NCBI GenBank assembly: GCA_002269645.1
Contig: NIVC01000029.1
Location: forward strand, 1,329,834 to 1,393,833
Length of the DNA: 64,000 nt
Direction of reading: 5' to 3'
Source: Macrostomum lignano
Lineage: Eukaryota
The position numbers were made by a program, and so were the translations under genes. The first letter of the stretch is position 1. Every line of letters starts with the position of its first letter. The notes below the pieces were generated by a model. That model made no database searches. It was not told the origin of the DNA and worked only from the letters and a program-made list of their open reading frames with translations. This document shows positions 43,658 through 54,300 of this stretch, piece by piece.

Positions 43658-45604
43658 ATGCCGACCAAAAGCCGAAGCTGGTACAGCTCGCATCACCGCC
43701 AAGCAAGAGTACCTCAACAACCAAACAGTCGTCCACATGGCCAGCAGTACCAAGGTGTGCGTTCGGCTGTGAGGCGACTATCTCCAGAACATGGCCGGCA
43801 GTTTGATCGCCAGCGTGACGGCGATGTCAGATCTAGAAGCCGCCATCGCCAAAGAGACCGCGCTACGCAGGACAGGACGGGCGGCGACCGGCAACAACGT
43901 CGGAATGCAGGTGGGTCGCTGACAACCGCCGCGTCCGGAGTCGCCCGCCAAGTCAAACAGCTGTTTCGTGCTGCTCACCACCTGGAAAATTGGCAGGTGA
44001 CACCATCTTCGATCCGACTAAAGTCTCAGCAGCTGAAAACACTAATCAGGCCTGCAGTGCCCACGGAATCGACAAAATCGCGGATTGCTGAGAACGCCGA
44101 TCAGTGGGAAGTCAGCACGCTAGACACAATGCAGAGCCATTATGAGATCAGCATCCATCATCTAGCTGCTGAACTTCTGGAAGCCAGGAAGGACGCTGAC
44201 CCTTCTGATTGGGAAACCGGCTGGCAAGTCGGTTTTCACTGGGCGGCGAAGGACCTCGGCAGAAGATTCAGCTACAGCCCTGATCTGCTGCAATACCGGC
44301 TGAAAAAAATGTCCATCGAGCTGAAGGTACCTGAATTTACTGCTAACAAAGGTAGGACTATCTCTTCTTTTGATACTGTGATTGTAAGCAACCAAACCAC
44401 CAGCTCTATGGGGGTTCCCGTTTCAAACCTCTTGTCTGGGGTGGTGGGTTCGAATCAACCCCACCAAGCCGCCAGCCCTGTGACAACTGAGCAGGGGAGG
44501 GAGCAACCAGCAGGGAATCGTCCCTCCAGCCCTTCAACGGGCATGGAAGAATCTCCCGACTGGCGAGGCTTTAACGAGGAACCGAGCATGCTAAGCCATA
44601 CGGACGAGGACAACCAAGCTTGCCCGCCGATTTTTCCGACAGAAGAGCCGCCTGAAGGGCTCAATTCGCAAATGCAGGGTCCAGTTGCCTGTGACCAGGG
44701 GCTGGACACGGGGGTGGTCTGTGACCAGACACCTCCACCTGCAAACTCCATTGCTGCTGATCAAAACGAATCAGCTATTTCAATACCTGCCATCTTGACT
44801 TCGAGTCGTCAACAGCAGAGTCAAGTCGCCTGTGACCAGGGGCTTGACACGGGGGTGGTCTGTGACCAGACATCCCCAGCTGCTGCTAATAGCAACAACA
44901 TCGATGCCAGCCAAGCTGACTCTTTCGTGTCTTTTGCGACACCCACCGACAACGTTGCATTTTTACAGAGTAGATTTGCTTGCGCTGAGCCACCCAGGCT
45001 TGCCAGTGACAGCAATAGGGACAGTCTTGAGCTGACCCCTCCTCGATCGGCACTTGCTCAACCAAGCCAGATTAACGTCCATAGGGGACTTAAGAAAGAC
45101 TGGAAACTGACCCCTATCGAAAAGTCAACGATCGCGATCGGCGATGAGAGTCTCTCTGAGCCCGGGCAAGCGCACCCAGATGTACAATTTGAAATTTTTC
45201 CGAATCTACGCGCTGAGAACCTAATCAGGGTGCTGCGTGAGCAGTTGAAAAGCCCTAGCTCAGCTGTCAAAGCGGTCATTCTCTTCCCTTGTGGTCATGA
45301 CCTGTCGAGACAATTTGAAGGTGTCCTCGACAAACAGCTCACGACAATCGTGAATCATTGTCGCAAGGCCTTTCCAGAGGCAAACATCTACACACTTGAC
45401 TCAGTGGTGGATGCCGAGGCAACGGACAGCGTCCGAAGCAATGTGGAAAAATTGAACCGCCATGCCCAGAATCTCAACCAGAAGGGGCACATGTCACTAC
45501 CCAGACAGGGTTTGACCTTCCTGTCAGACAAGGTCACACTATCTGACCAATCGGCCTTGGAGGTCTTCAGGATTGTCTATGGCAAAGTACAAAAAAACTT
45601 GTAG
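43658..45604 (+). CDS. PLE ORF1 (copy D)
   Basis: Same translation as copy B. Confidence 0.8.
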   Translation: MPTKSRSWYSSHHRQARVPQQPNSRPHGQQYQGVRSAVRRLSPEHGRQFDRQRDGDVRSRSRHRQRDRATQDRTGGDRQQRRNAGGSLTTAASGVARQVKQLFRAAHHLENWQVTPSSIRLKSQQLKTLIRPAVPTESTKSRIAENADQWEVSTLDTMQSHYEISIHHLAAELLEARKDADPSDWETGWQVGFHWAAKDLGRRFSYSPDLLQYRLKKMSIELKVPEFTANKGRTISSFDTVIVSNQTTSSMGVPVSNLLSGVVGSNQPHQAASPVTTEQGREQPAGNRPSSPSTGMEESPDWRGFNEEPSMLSHTDEDNQACPPIFPTEEPPEGLNSQMQGPVACDQGLDTGVVCDQTPPPANSIAADQNESAISIPAILTSSRQQQSQVACDQGLDTGVVCDQTSPAAANSNNIDASQADSFVSFATPTDNVAFLQSRFACAEPPRLASDSNRDSLELTPPRSALAQPSQINVHRGLKKDWKLTPIEKSTIAIGDESLSEPGQAHPDVQFEIFPNLRAENLIRVLREQLKSPSSAVKAVILFPCGHDLSRQFEGVLDKQLTTIVNHCRKAFPEANIYTLDSVVDAEATDSVRSNVEKLNRHAQNLNQKGHMSLPRQGLTFLSDKVTLSDQSALEVFRIVYGKVQKNL

Positions 45605-45633
45605 GTTTTAGGAATGCGGCTAGCAACCAAGTC

Positions 45634-47320
45634 TTGAACTTATCGAATTATCGTCTTTCTGACTGCGAAACCGAAATTTTAGGAATGGGGAAGAACTTTG
45701 TGCCAGCCCCAATTGTTATGGGGTCCAGCGTCCTTTCTGACTCCATCAAGGTTTTCAAGCAGAGAATAGTTCTTAACTCCCTGCTTCAGCGTCGCACGTG
45801 TGCTTTCACCCCGCGCATCCCTTATACTGGCCGAGCTTCGATCCCCAACATCAACTTGGACAAGTGGCGCTCTCACAGAGACCTTTTTGAAAGCCTTGAC
45901 AGGATTAGAATTCCAAGAATCATACACAACAAGCCAAACCTTCAGGAGCAGCAGAGAATGGCACTGAAGACTCTTCGAGACAATAGCAGTATCGTCATTA
46001 AACCTGCCGACAAGGGCAGCAATATGGTCGTTTTGAATCGAACAGATTACATACTGGAAGCTAACAGGCAGCTCTCCAACAGGACCTTCTACCAACCCCT
46101 TGACACTGCAATGAGCGCCCAGACCAGTGCCATTATCAAAGCCATTTTTCAAGATCTTAAAGAAGAAAAGATAATTACTAATCATCAATACTCGCAACTG
46201 ATTCCGCCAACTATTCCAAGAGATCGAATTTTTTACCTTTTGCCAAAAATCCATAAGGATCCCGAAGAATGGCCTACTCCTGGAGTGCCTCCTGGGAGAC
46301 CCATTGTCTCGGACTGCAGCTCGGAAAGCTACATGAGCGCCAAATTTATCGATCTCTTCCTACAGCCGATCGCTAAGGAACAAGACTCCTTCATCCGAGA
46401 CACGGACCACTTTCAAGCGGCTATTAATGATTTGATTTTTGAAAAAGACGAAAATGTCTTTCTGGTTACAATGGATGTTGAATCCCTGTACACCAATATT
46501 CCCACTGATAAGGGGATGGACGCCATTAGAGATGCCTTTCAAACATTTCCCCAAACCTCAAGGCCAGATAACCATCTTCTTGCGCTCCTGGACATTAACT
46601 TGAACAAAAATGATTTTGTTTTCAACGACACGCGCTACCTTCAAATCAAAGGCACAAGCATGGGAAAGGCCTTTGCGCCATCCTACGCCAACATATTTAT
46701 GTCTGCCTGGGAATCCAAAGCTTTAGAAACTGCTCCGTTTACCCCTCGTTTCTTCAAGCGCTACATTGACGACATTTTTATGGTCTTCGTCGGCACTGAA
46801 GACGAACTAAAGGAGATGCACAAGCATCTGAATGAGTTCGATTGCAACATCCGACTCACGATGCAATACAGCAAAGAGAAGGTTCACTTCCTGGACTGCT
46901 GTGTCAGTCTGACTGACGAAGGCAACAACAAGAGACTTTCGTGCTCAATCTACTTCAAACCCACCGATTCACGCCAGCTTTTAAATCCGGGGTCTTTTCA
47001 CCCAAAGCACACTTTCAAAGGTATACTGAAATCTCAGTTCCTCCGTTACGCTCGCCGTTGCACATTTAAAGAAGACTTCGATGAGGCCAGCAGCAGCTTA
47101 ACAAGCATCCTGAAGAAACAAGGATATTCTGTCCGCTTAATCAGGGATTCTAAAAAATCTGCCCTCATCCAGCTGGGCCTCTACATTGATGGTCGGTGGG
47201 AGTTCGGCTTCCAGGATTGTGGCAATCTAAGCTGCCGTCCTTGCAGAGAGCACGGGCATTTTGGCCAAGTTTGTTTAGGGTCCAGCGCTACAAAAATGAT
47301 TTACAAAATTTGTCAAAAAG
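45634..47320 (+). pseudogene. PLE ORF2 copy D, truncated before the GIY-YIG domain by the LTR element
   Basis: Matches the other copies up to ...TGTCAAAAAG (47320), then switches to the LTR start TGTAGAG. Confidence 0.9.
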
Positions 47321-48395
47321 TGTAGAGTGTTCTACCTCCCGTAAGAAGACATAAAAGTGTTAATGTACTACTCACACATTTTATTTAGTAGTAAATTGAA
47401 GAGCATGAATAAAGGTATGCTTTGAACTATAAGTATATTCGGACTAACCAATAGGAAGAGAGAGACCTCGAGCATGCTAATTTTAGAAATCACCCAATCA
47501 CGTGCGACCAACAACTGTCAATTCAAACCCCACCTTCAAGTCATCATTTTGTTTGCACTCGGGTTGCACCCGGATGAACCAATCAAAGTCTACCAGCTAC
47601 GGTAACCAATCATGCGCTTTTACAGTAGACTAGTTGCGCAACTTTCTACCCTGTCATGCTTGACAGCCACCGAATCGTGACCCTTTGACATTTGCGAAGA
47701 CAGTGATGTACGACCTCGAGAGAGGTCTGAACGCCTATAAATACAAGTGGTCCGGAACGGACCCGGAGCCAGAAAATCTCCAAGGAGAGAAGCTCCGAAG
47801 AGGAAGCTCTAGTGAAGCCTTCCTGAAGAAACTCGCGTCGTGGACGAGTTCTTGCGGTAAGCCTTACTCATTTGCGCCCGTTGGTTGAGACGTCTCGCTC
47901 AAGTCTATTGAGACTTGAGTTTATTTGAGTCTGTTGAGACTCTTGAGTCTGTTTAGACTCCACTGGTTGCAGTCTCCAGAAGGACTGCCCCTGATAGATC
48001 TTAGAAGACTATCAGTGGTTTCCGGAGCCATACCTAGAGTGCATAGAGGCACTACTAGAAGGAGTAGGCTTATATTAAACCGCAGTTTGGCGCAGGGATC
48101 CCCATTGTTAATTTGGAAGCTTCCGATTGGTCCGAACTACAGATACCGGCCGGCAAGAAGTCAAGAGGACAAAGGAGATAACGGACCAGATCAACTGTTA
48201 CCAGGCGCCTAAACTTCCTGAAGGAAAGGAAAGTTACTGATCGCGATACTACGGACGAGGATTATTACGAGAGCTCTCATTTAAGGACTCAAAGGTAATT
48301 GAATACCTTCATTTGATTACTGGGTTGCCTAGCTACAGAGCTAGAAGTGATTGTTCCTTGATTACAGTTGAGGACTGGTAATAAGGAACACATCA
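47321..48395 (+). repeat. 5' LTR
   Basis: TGTAGAGTG...GGAACACATCA; about 99% identical to 56953-58026 by eye. Contains several CCAAT boxes (~47448-47612) and TATAAATA (47736-47743). Confidence 0.95.
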
Positions 48396-48396
48396 A

Positions 48397-48408
48397 TTGG
48401 TGATCTCG
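48397..48408 (+). promoter_or_regulatory. Putative primer-binding site (TTGGTGATCTCG)
   Basis: TGG directly after the 5' LTR is complementary to tRNA 3' CCA. It resembles the tRNA-Trp PBS TGGTGACCCCG with two mismatches; tRNA identity uncertain. Confidence 0.55.
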
Positions 48409-49091
48409 CCCTCTCGGCACTACTCAAACTTTTGAGCAATAGCCTGGCCAAGCTATTGTAAAGTGACGAAAGAGCGACTTCATTAATTTTGCGCGCACGT
48501 GTTAGAGGTAACACTTTTCGACACTTTTCGATTTTTGTACGATTTGAAACTCGAGTAAAAGCTTAGGTATACAGGCTTGAGTACCTGTCAATTTTGAGTA
48601 ACGTTTGAGCACGCGTGTTAAATTTTTGTTTTTAACGAGCTCGAGCAAGAGTAAACCTTAAACAAAACCGAAAACAACGTCCGGTACACTGAAAACAAAC
48701 CGAAAAATAATCAATACACACTAAAACAAAACCGAAATTAAAAACACTTGACGAAAGCTAAAACAAACCGAAATTTGATAAAACGTGACAAGGCACGTCA
48801 CGAAGACAAGAAAGGCCTTTGAAAAAAGCAATAAGCAGCTGCACTTCAAGCACTTTAAAGATACACTTTGCGGGACGCCGCATAAGTGCGAAAATCAGCC
48901 AGCGAATAAGAGGTCAGAAAAAGCAGCCAAAAGCCGAATTCCGCTCAAGGTCAGACATAACAAATTGAGGTGTCAAAAGCGCCGCGAGACAATCAGTTAC
49001 AACCGAAGTTTATTTCGAAAGAAACACCACACTGGAAGATCCATTACAAATCGACCCAGACCTAGAGCTACCGTTCTATCCCATCAACAAC

Positions 49092-51392
49092 ATGGCGCGG
49101 CGCAATCCAACGGTGCACAGAGATATCAAAGAGACAGTTGGCACCTTTTCTATGGAAAAAGACTTTAACACCTTTGTTGATCATTTTGACCTGGTATGTA
49201 GGGAATACAACCTACAAAATCCAGAAAAAGCGCAACTGTTGCCACCACTCCTCCAAGGCACTGCACGAGAGATTTATGGTAAACTAGATGCGGCAACACA
49301 GCAAAACTACCCAGCATTAATCATTCAACTGCGCGCGCATTTCAACCGCTGTGGCACAAACAGATCAGTGCTACTGCACAAGTTGCATAACAGAAGGATG
49401 CAGCCAACCGAATCCTTCCTGACCTTTGTGGACGACATCCGTCAGATAATTAAGGCACTGCATCAGCCAACACTGCCAGCTGCAGACCAACCACCTCTGG
49501 GTGCGGCAGAATTAGCCGCTAGAGAGCGACAGCGATTGATGGATCGCGAACAAAATCTGATTCTGCACGTAATAAACAATGCACAGCCGTCACTCCGAGA
49601 TAGACTTCTACGCGAAAACATTGAAACCGAGGAAGACCTTTTACGGTGCGGAATGCAGTGGGAAGCAAGCGCTCCACTAATGACAACCGGCAACACAGAA
49701 GTGCAGAAACTGACACAGCAACTAAACAAACTGATGCAACATCAAACAGCCGTTATCGCCGAACAAAAAAGACGAAATGAACGAGCCCAAGCCAGATGCT
49801 ATTACTGTGGACGAGAAGGACACTACCAAATTAATTGTCCTCATCGGTCAACAAGAAATGACATGCAGCGACAGCCATTCAACAGAAGGAAGCCGCAAAA
49901 ACCATGGCAACAACATCAAAATTGGCAGCAGCAAAACACGAAACGCTTCGGAAACAATGGCTACAGACCGCGAAACACCAGATACATGCCCAAGCAACCA
50001 ACGCAAGCGATGCAACGATATGCAAACGCCATCACGTACACACCGGAAAGCGAACAGCAAGAGCAGCAAGTCTTCACGATAGACGACTTAGAAATGGACT
50101 TCACTATCAATGAAATCGACTGGCTCGATGTGGAGAGCAGCGAAAAGACAAAAAACATCAGCATGGTCGAAATGAAAGAAACTAACATTGACAGCGAAGA
50201 AGAAAAGACAGAAGTGAGCACAGAAAAAACATTGCCAAGCGACATCAGTGAAAGAAAAGAAGAAACAAACAAAGGCAACGACAAAGAACTGGCAACGAAG
50301 GATGACAAAGAAAGAAGCAACGACGGAAATACAGAGATGGAAGAAGAACAGCAAGAAGAAAGCAGCGATCACGATTATGAGATGCAGAATGACGCTGATG
50401 ACAACCAAGCCGCCGACAAAGAACATGAAGACGGAAGGCACAAAGGAATGGAAGAAAGAAATCTAAGCTCCGACAGCGATCAATGCTACGAGATCCGATA
50501 TAAACGAAATGGTGAAGCCTACATTCAAACGGTCGACTACAAGGCCGAAGTGAGGTACCGCAGACAATGGAGTGACACAACTACAACATCGGAAGAAAGC
50601 AAGGAAGAAAATGATGAAGACGACAAGCAGCGGAACGAATCGGATGCCTTGCGCTCGGAAACGCCAATGGAACAAGAGGAAGAATACGATGCGGACGTAG
50701 AAGATAACGAATGGCAGCCGCAGCCAATGCCAGCAAAGACAACGGCAACGTTCAGAAAATGGCGACTCTGGATATTCTGGATCATCATAATACTACTGAC
50801 GGCAGTAGTCACCAAAGCAACAGCAATGGAAAAACCAATGATATGTCCAACGGATGCGCATATCCAACCGATGATCTACAAGATACCAACCGACATCAAA
50901 TGCAGCTACTTCAAGACAAACCAGACGAAGCCAAAAAAGATCACAATCGATCTCTACAAAGCCAACATCAAGAAGCATCGACAACTTGGAATCGTGTGCT
51001 TCAGAGACAAGCACCTAGTCGAAAAAATATGGCGAGGACAATGGAACAGAATCCGATTCCGACAGCATGAGCTACATGTGTCGCACGCTGACTGCCTACG
51101 ATGGAACCAGACATTGTTCTCCAAAGATGGTGTACTAGAACCTGATGAAAAGGTCGGCAACGCACAACTCTTCCGAACAAAGAATGTGGCAAACGGTCGA
51201 TATGTCCACTATAATGAAAGATGGCCTGACTACACGGCACGCAACAGCTACCTAATCAGGAATGTTCCGTTCTACTACAATCCGTACGAGAAAATGGAAT
51301 CACTGCAACTGCAACTAAGTGAATGCCGATACAGCGAAGGATGGTGCCAACGCCGATATTGCGAAATGCAGAACTCTACAGCCTACCGCTGA
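49092..51392 (+). CDS. Gag (capsid-like region, CCHC knuckle) + acidic linker + internal signal/TM + N-terminal part of the envelope ectodomain
   Basis: CYYCGREGHYQINC knuckle; Asp/Glu-rich spacer; WRLWIFWIIIILLTAVVTKATA hydrophobic segment (50760-50825); then a Cys/Trp-rich region with N-glycosylation sequons. Continues into the next ORF via a -1 shift near 51345. Confidence 0.88.
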   Translation: MARRNPTVHRDIKETVGTFSMEKDFNTFVDHFDLVCREYNLQNPEKAQLLPPLLQGTAREIYGKLDAATQQNYPALIIQLRAHFNRCGTNRSVLLHKLHNRRMQPTESFLTFVDDIRQIIKALHQPTLPAADQPPLGAAELAARERQRLMDREQNLILHVINNAQPSLRDRLLRENIETEEDLLRCGMQWEASAPLMTTGNTEVQKLTQQLNKLMQHQTAVIAEQKRRNERAQARCYYCGREGHYQINCPHRSTRNDMQRQPFNRRKPQKPWQQHQNWQQQNTKRFGNNGYRPRNTRYMPKQPTQAMQRYANAITYTPESEQQEQQVFTIDDLEMDFTINEIDWLDVESSEKTKNISMVEMKETNIDSEEEKTEVSTEKTLPSDISERKEETNKGNDKELATKDDKERSNDGNTEMEEEQQEESSDHDYEMQNDADDNQAADKEHEDGRHKGMEERNLSSDSDQCYEIRYKRNGEAYIQTVDYKAEVRYRRQWSDTTTTSEESKEENDEDDKQRNESDALRSETPMEQEEEYDADVEDNEWQPQPMPAKTTATFRKWRLWIFWIIIILLTAVVTKATAMEKPMICPTDAHIQPMIYKIPTDIKCSYFKTNQTKPKKITIDLYKANIKKHRQLGIVCFRDKHLVEKIWRGQWNRIRFRQHELHVSHADCLRWNQTLFSKDGVLEPDEKVGNAQLFRTKNVANGRYVHYNERWPDYTARNSYLIRNVPFYYNPYEKMESLQLQLSECRYSEGWCQRRYCEMQNSTAYR

Positions 51393-54300
51393 GTCCAACG
51401 TATCATCCAGACTATCGATGGCAGATAGTGCACAGAGCCGATCCACACTACGAAGAGCCATCAAAGTCACGACAATATTTCTTCGCTTGGAAGGTTGAGA
51501 CGGAAATCGACTGTCAACTACAAAAGTATCACACAGTGGAAGGAGGCCTACTGTCAAACACGTTTTTGGCAAAGTCAGGAGACTTGGCACTGACGTTTCA
51601 AAAGAAACCAGTCGAGCAAAAACTGAAATGCAAGGATACAGACAAGACACTATTCATCTCGGAACAAGAGATACCAGTCTACGTAAAAGAAGACGACAAA
51701 CAAACCTTTCTGGCGATCATCAACGGAACGTATCAACAGCAGGAACAACAGAACAGACGACGACGAGACATCGAACGTCCCAAACTGGTGTCAAACCGAC
51801 TACTGTCAGCAAAGATAACGGCTTTGGATCACAATCTACACAACCAGTTAAACCACTTGCATCGAACACTGGTCCAGCTAACTTGCAAAATGCACGCAAT
51901 CAACTTAAATTATGCCAGACAAAACTACTATGTCAACCCTACGATGACTTTTCGTAAAATCACCGGAATGACGAACGTTTTGGCAGTTCCAATATACGAG
52001 CATCTGTTGATATACAAGTGCACGCCGATACAGCACTTTAACATCTTGCCGTCGAACACGTCAACAACCTGCTACGACAAGCCAAGGATTGAAGCGTTCT
52101 ACGAAGGAAAACGAATTCAGGGATTCTTGGACACGGTACACAACATCATAGTTGGCACCGCAATACCGAGACCCTGCACCACGGCAGCAAACTACTATCA
52201 ACTGGACAATGCACTACACGTCATCAAAACAACTGGAACGACAGCAAACATCACAGAACCGGAAGTAATCGTCGACGAAAACTACGACATGGAGGATTTG
52301 AAAATCCGATTCAACAGAACGAAGTATACGCCATTCGCCGATATCCAACTTGACGAGATAACACCAGGATGGACGATCAACGACTTCTTGCAAGCGTTCA
52401 TCACCCAACGCAAGATGATTCACCAGCTGTTCACAAGAAAGGACAAAGGAACCGGGACAGGAAGATTTCCCGTCCTTGTTTCAATGGACAGCGCCATCAA
52501 ATCATTTTGGACAAACAGCTTCTGGGAGCTGCTCAATGGAAGAGGCAGTCTCTATCAAGGATTCATCTTCTACGGTGCTTGCATTGTGTGGATTGTCACG
52601 GCAATCTTCATCATTTCGTCAATCGTACGGTGCTTCAGTCAAACTTGTCCAAAAGCTAAGAAGACAGTTAATGCCATAATGCAAAGAACGATAACGGAAG
52701 GCGACAACAGTTTAGAACTAACAGAAACTGCACATCGTGAAGTTCAAGGGCAACCGACACTAGCAACGCGGCTATATCCATCGATTCCGACAACACCAAC
52801 GGCACCAAGAATACAACCACCCAACTATCAAGCAGAACAGCAAGACCCAAAATGGCCAGAGAACTACGTATGTACTCTACACGCCGAAATTGGCAAAGCC
52901 ATGGCTCAAGTGGTAATCAACAATCTACCATGTCGAGCGCTACTCGACTCCGGCAGCTCCATCACAGTTATATCAAAACAACTGTGCAACAAGCTACGAC
53001 TTGCTCTACGGCCAGCAACAATCGCAGTTGCAGGAGCAGGAGGACATTCGCTAAACATTCTGGGAAAAGCCGACATTGATTTAAGAATCGCTAATAAACA
53101 CTTGACAGTTCCAACGTACGTCATCGACAGACTCCCAAACCAGGACGTTATTGTTGGCATCGACACGTTCAAGCAGCTTCGACTACCATTGACCTTCGAC
53201 TTCAATAAGCAAACGTTCAAGATCGACTCGGTAGAACAACCATTGATCAACCAGATCCGAGTACTACCAAAAGTAACATTGCAACAAGATGTCATCATCC
53301 AACCGGAGAGCGCCTGCTGGATAAAGGCAAAGGCAACTAACGCAACGGAGGAAGCAATGATATTCGACCCAAACAGAAGAGTCACGGCTAAACACCAAAT
53401 TATGATGCCTACGGCACTAGTACTGGTTGCAAAAGATAAACAGCTGCCAGTACAAATATTCAACCCGAACACAGAAACGGTTCATCTACGACAAGGAATG
53501 TGCATCGGTCATCTCAACACCCAAGCATCGGTTATGCTGATTGAGCAAGCGACTCCACGACTAACAGAGGAAGAATTTCAAAAGAAGATCAATTTGGATG
53601 ACAGCCCGATTACGGAACAGCAAAAGAGGAAAGTTCGACAGCTGTTGTGGAAGTACAACGACGCTTTCTGCCACCATGACTACGACATCGGACGAGCCAA
53701 GGACATCAAACAGGAAATCAAACTTCTGCCGCACACGGAACCAATTCAGTGCAAACCGTACCCGATCGCCAAGCATCTGCAACAGCACTTCGATGAGATT
53801 ATCGACAAAATGCTGAAACACGGCATCATCAGCAAAGCCATTTCAGCATACTCATCACCATGTCTCTTGGTACAAAAGAAGGAGACTAACGAAAGACGAC
53901 TCGTATGTGACTTCAGACTACTGAACAAGTACATACCGACGGATCAGCAAAGCCTACCGAAGATCTCCGAACTACTAGCAAAGCTCAACACGGCAAAATT
54001 GTTCACAGTGTTCGACCTACGTCATGGATTTTGGCAAATTGAAATCGAGAAAGAGTCACGACAGTACACGGCTTTCAAAACCTACAATGGACAAGTATAC
54101 GAGTACAATCGATCGCCGATGGGACTCAGCAACAGCCCAGCAACGATGAGCCGACTAACAGCATACATGCTTGCAGGATGCACGAACCTGTTGCACTATG
54201 TTGACGACATCTTGGCCTACGGAGAAGACTTCGAACGACTCTATGAAGCGACGGAGAAGGCCCTCGCGCTTATACAACGTCAAGGTCTGAAGCTACAACC

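Larger units (their letters stand above)
30741..47320 (+). mobile_element. Head-to-tail tandem array of Penelope-like retroelements (Neptune-type), 4502-bp unit, ~3.7 copies
   Basis: The RT-GIY-YIG ORF recurs at 32128, 36630, 41132 and 45634 (period 4502). Units taken at the ribozyme cut: 30741-34544 (partial, starts at the gap), 34545-39046, 39047-43548, 43549-47320 (truncated by the LTR). Confidence 0.95.

Noticed and set aside
51323-51392. Programmed frameshift inside the Gypsy envelope
   Set aside because: No slippery heptamer in the overlap; a single missing C explains it, and the same kind of lesion occurs in the integrase.
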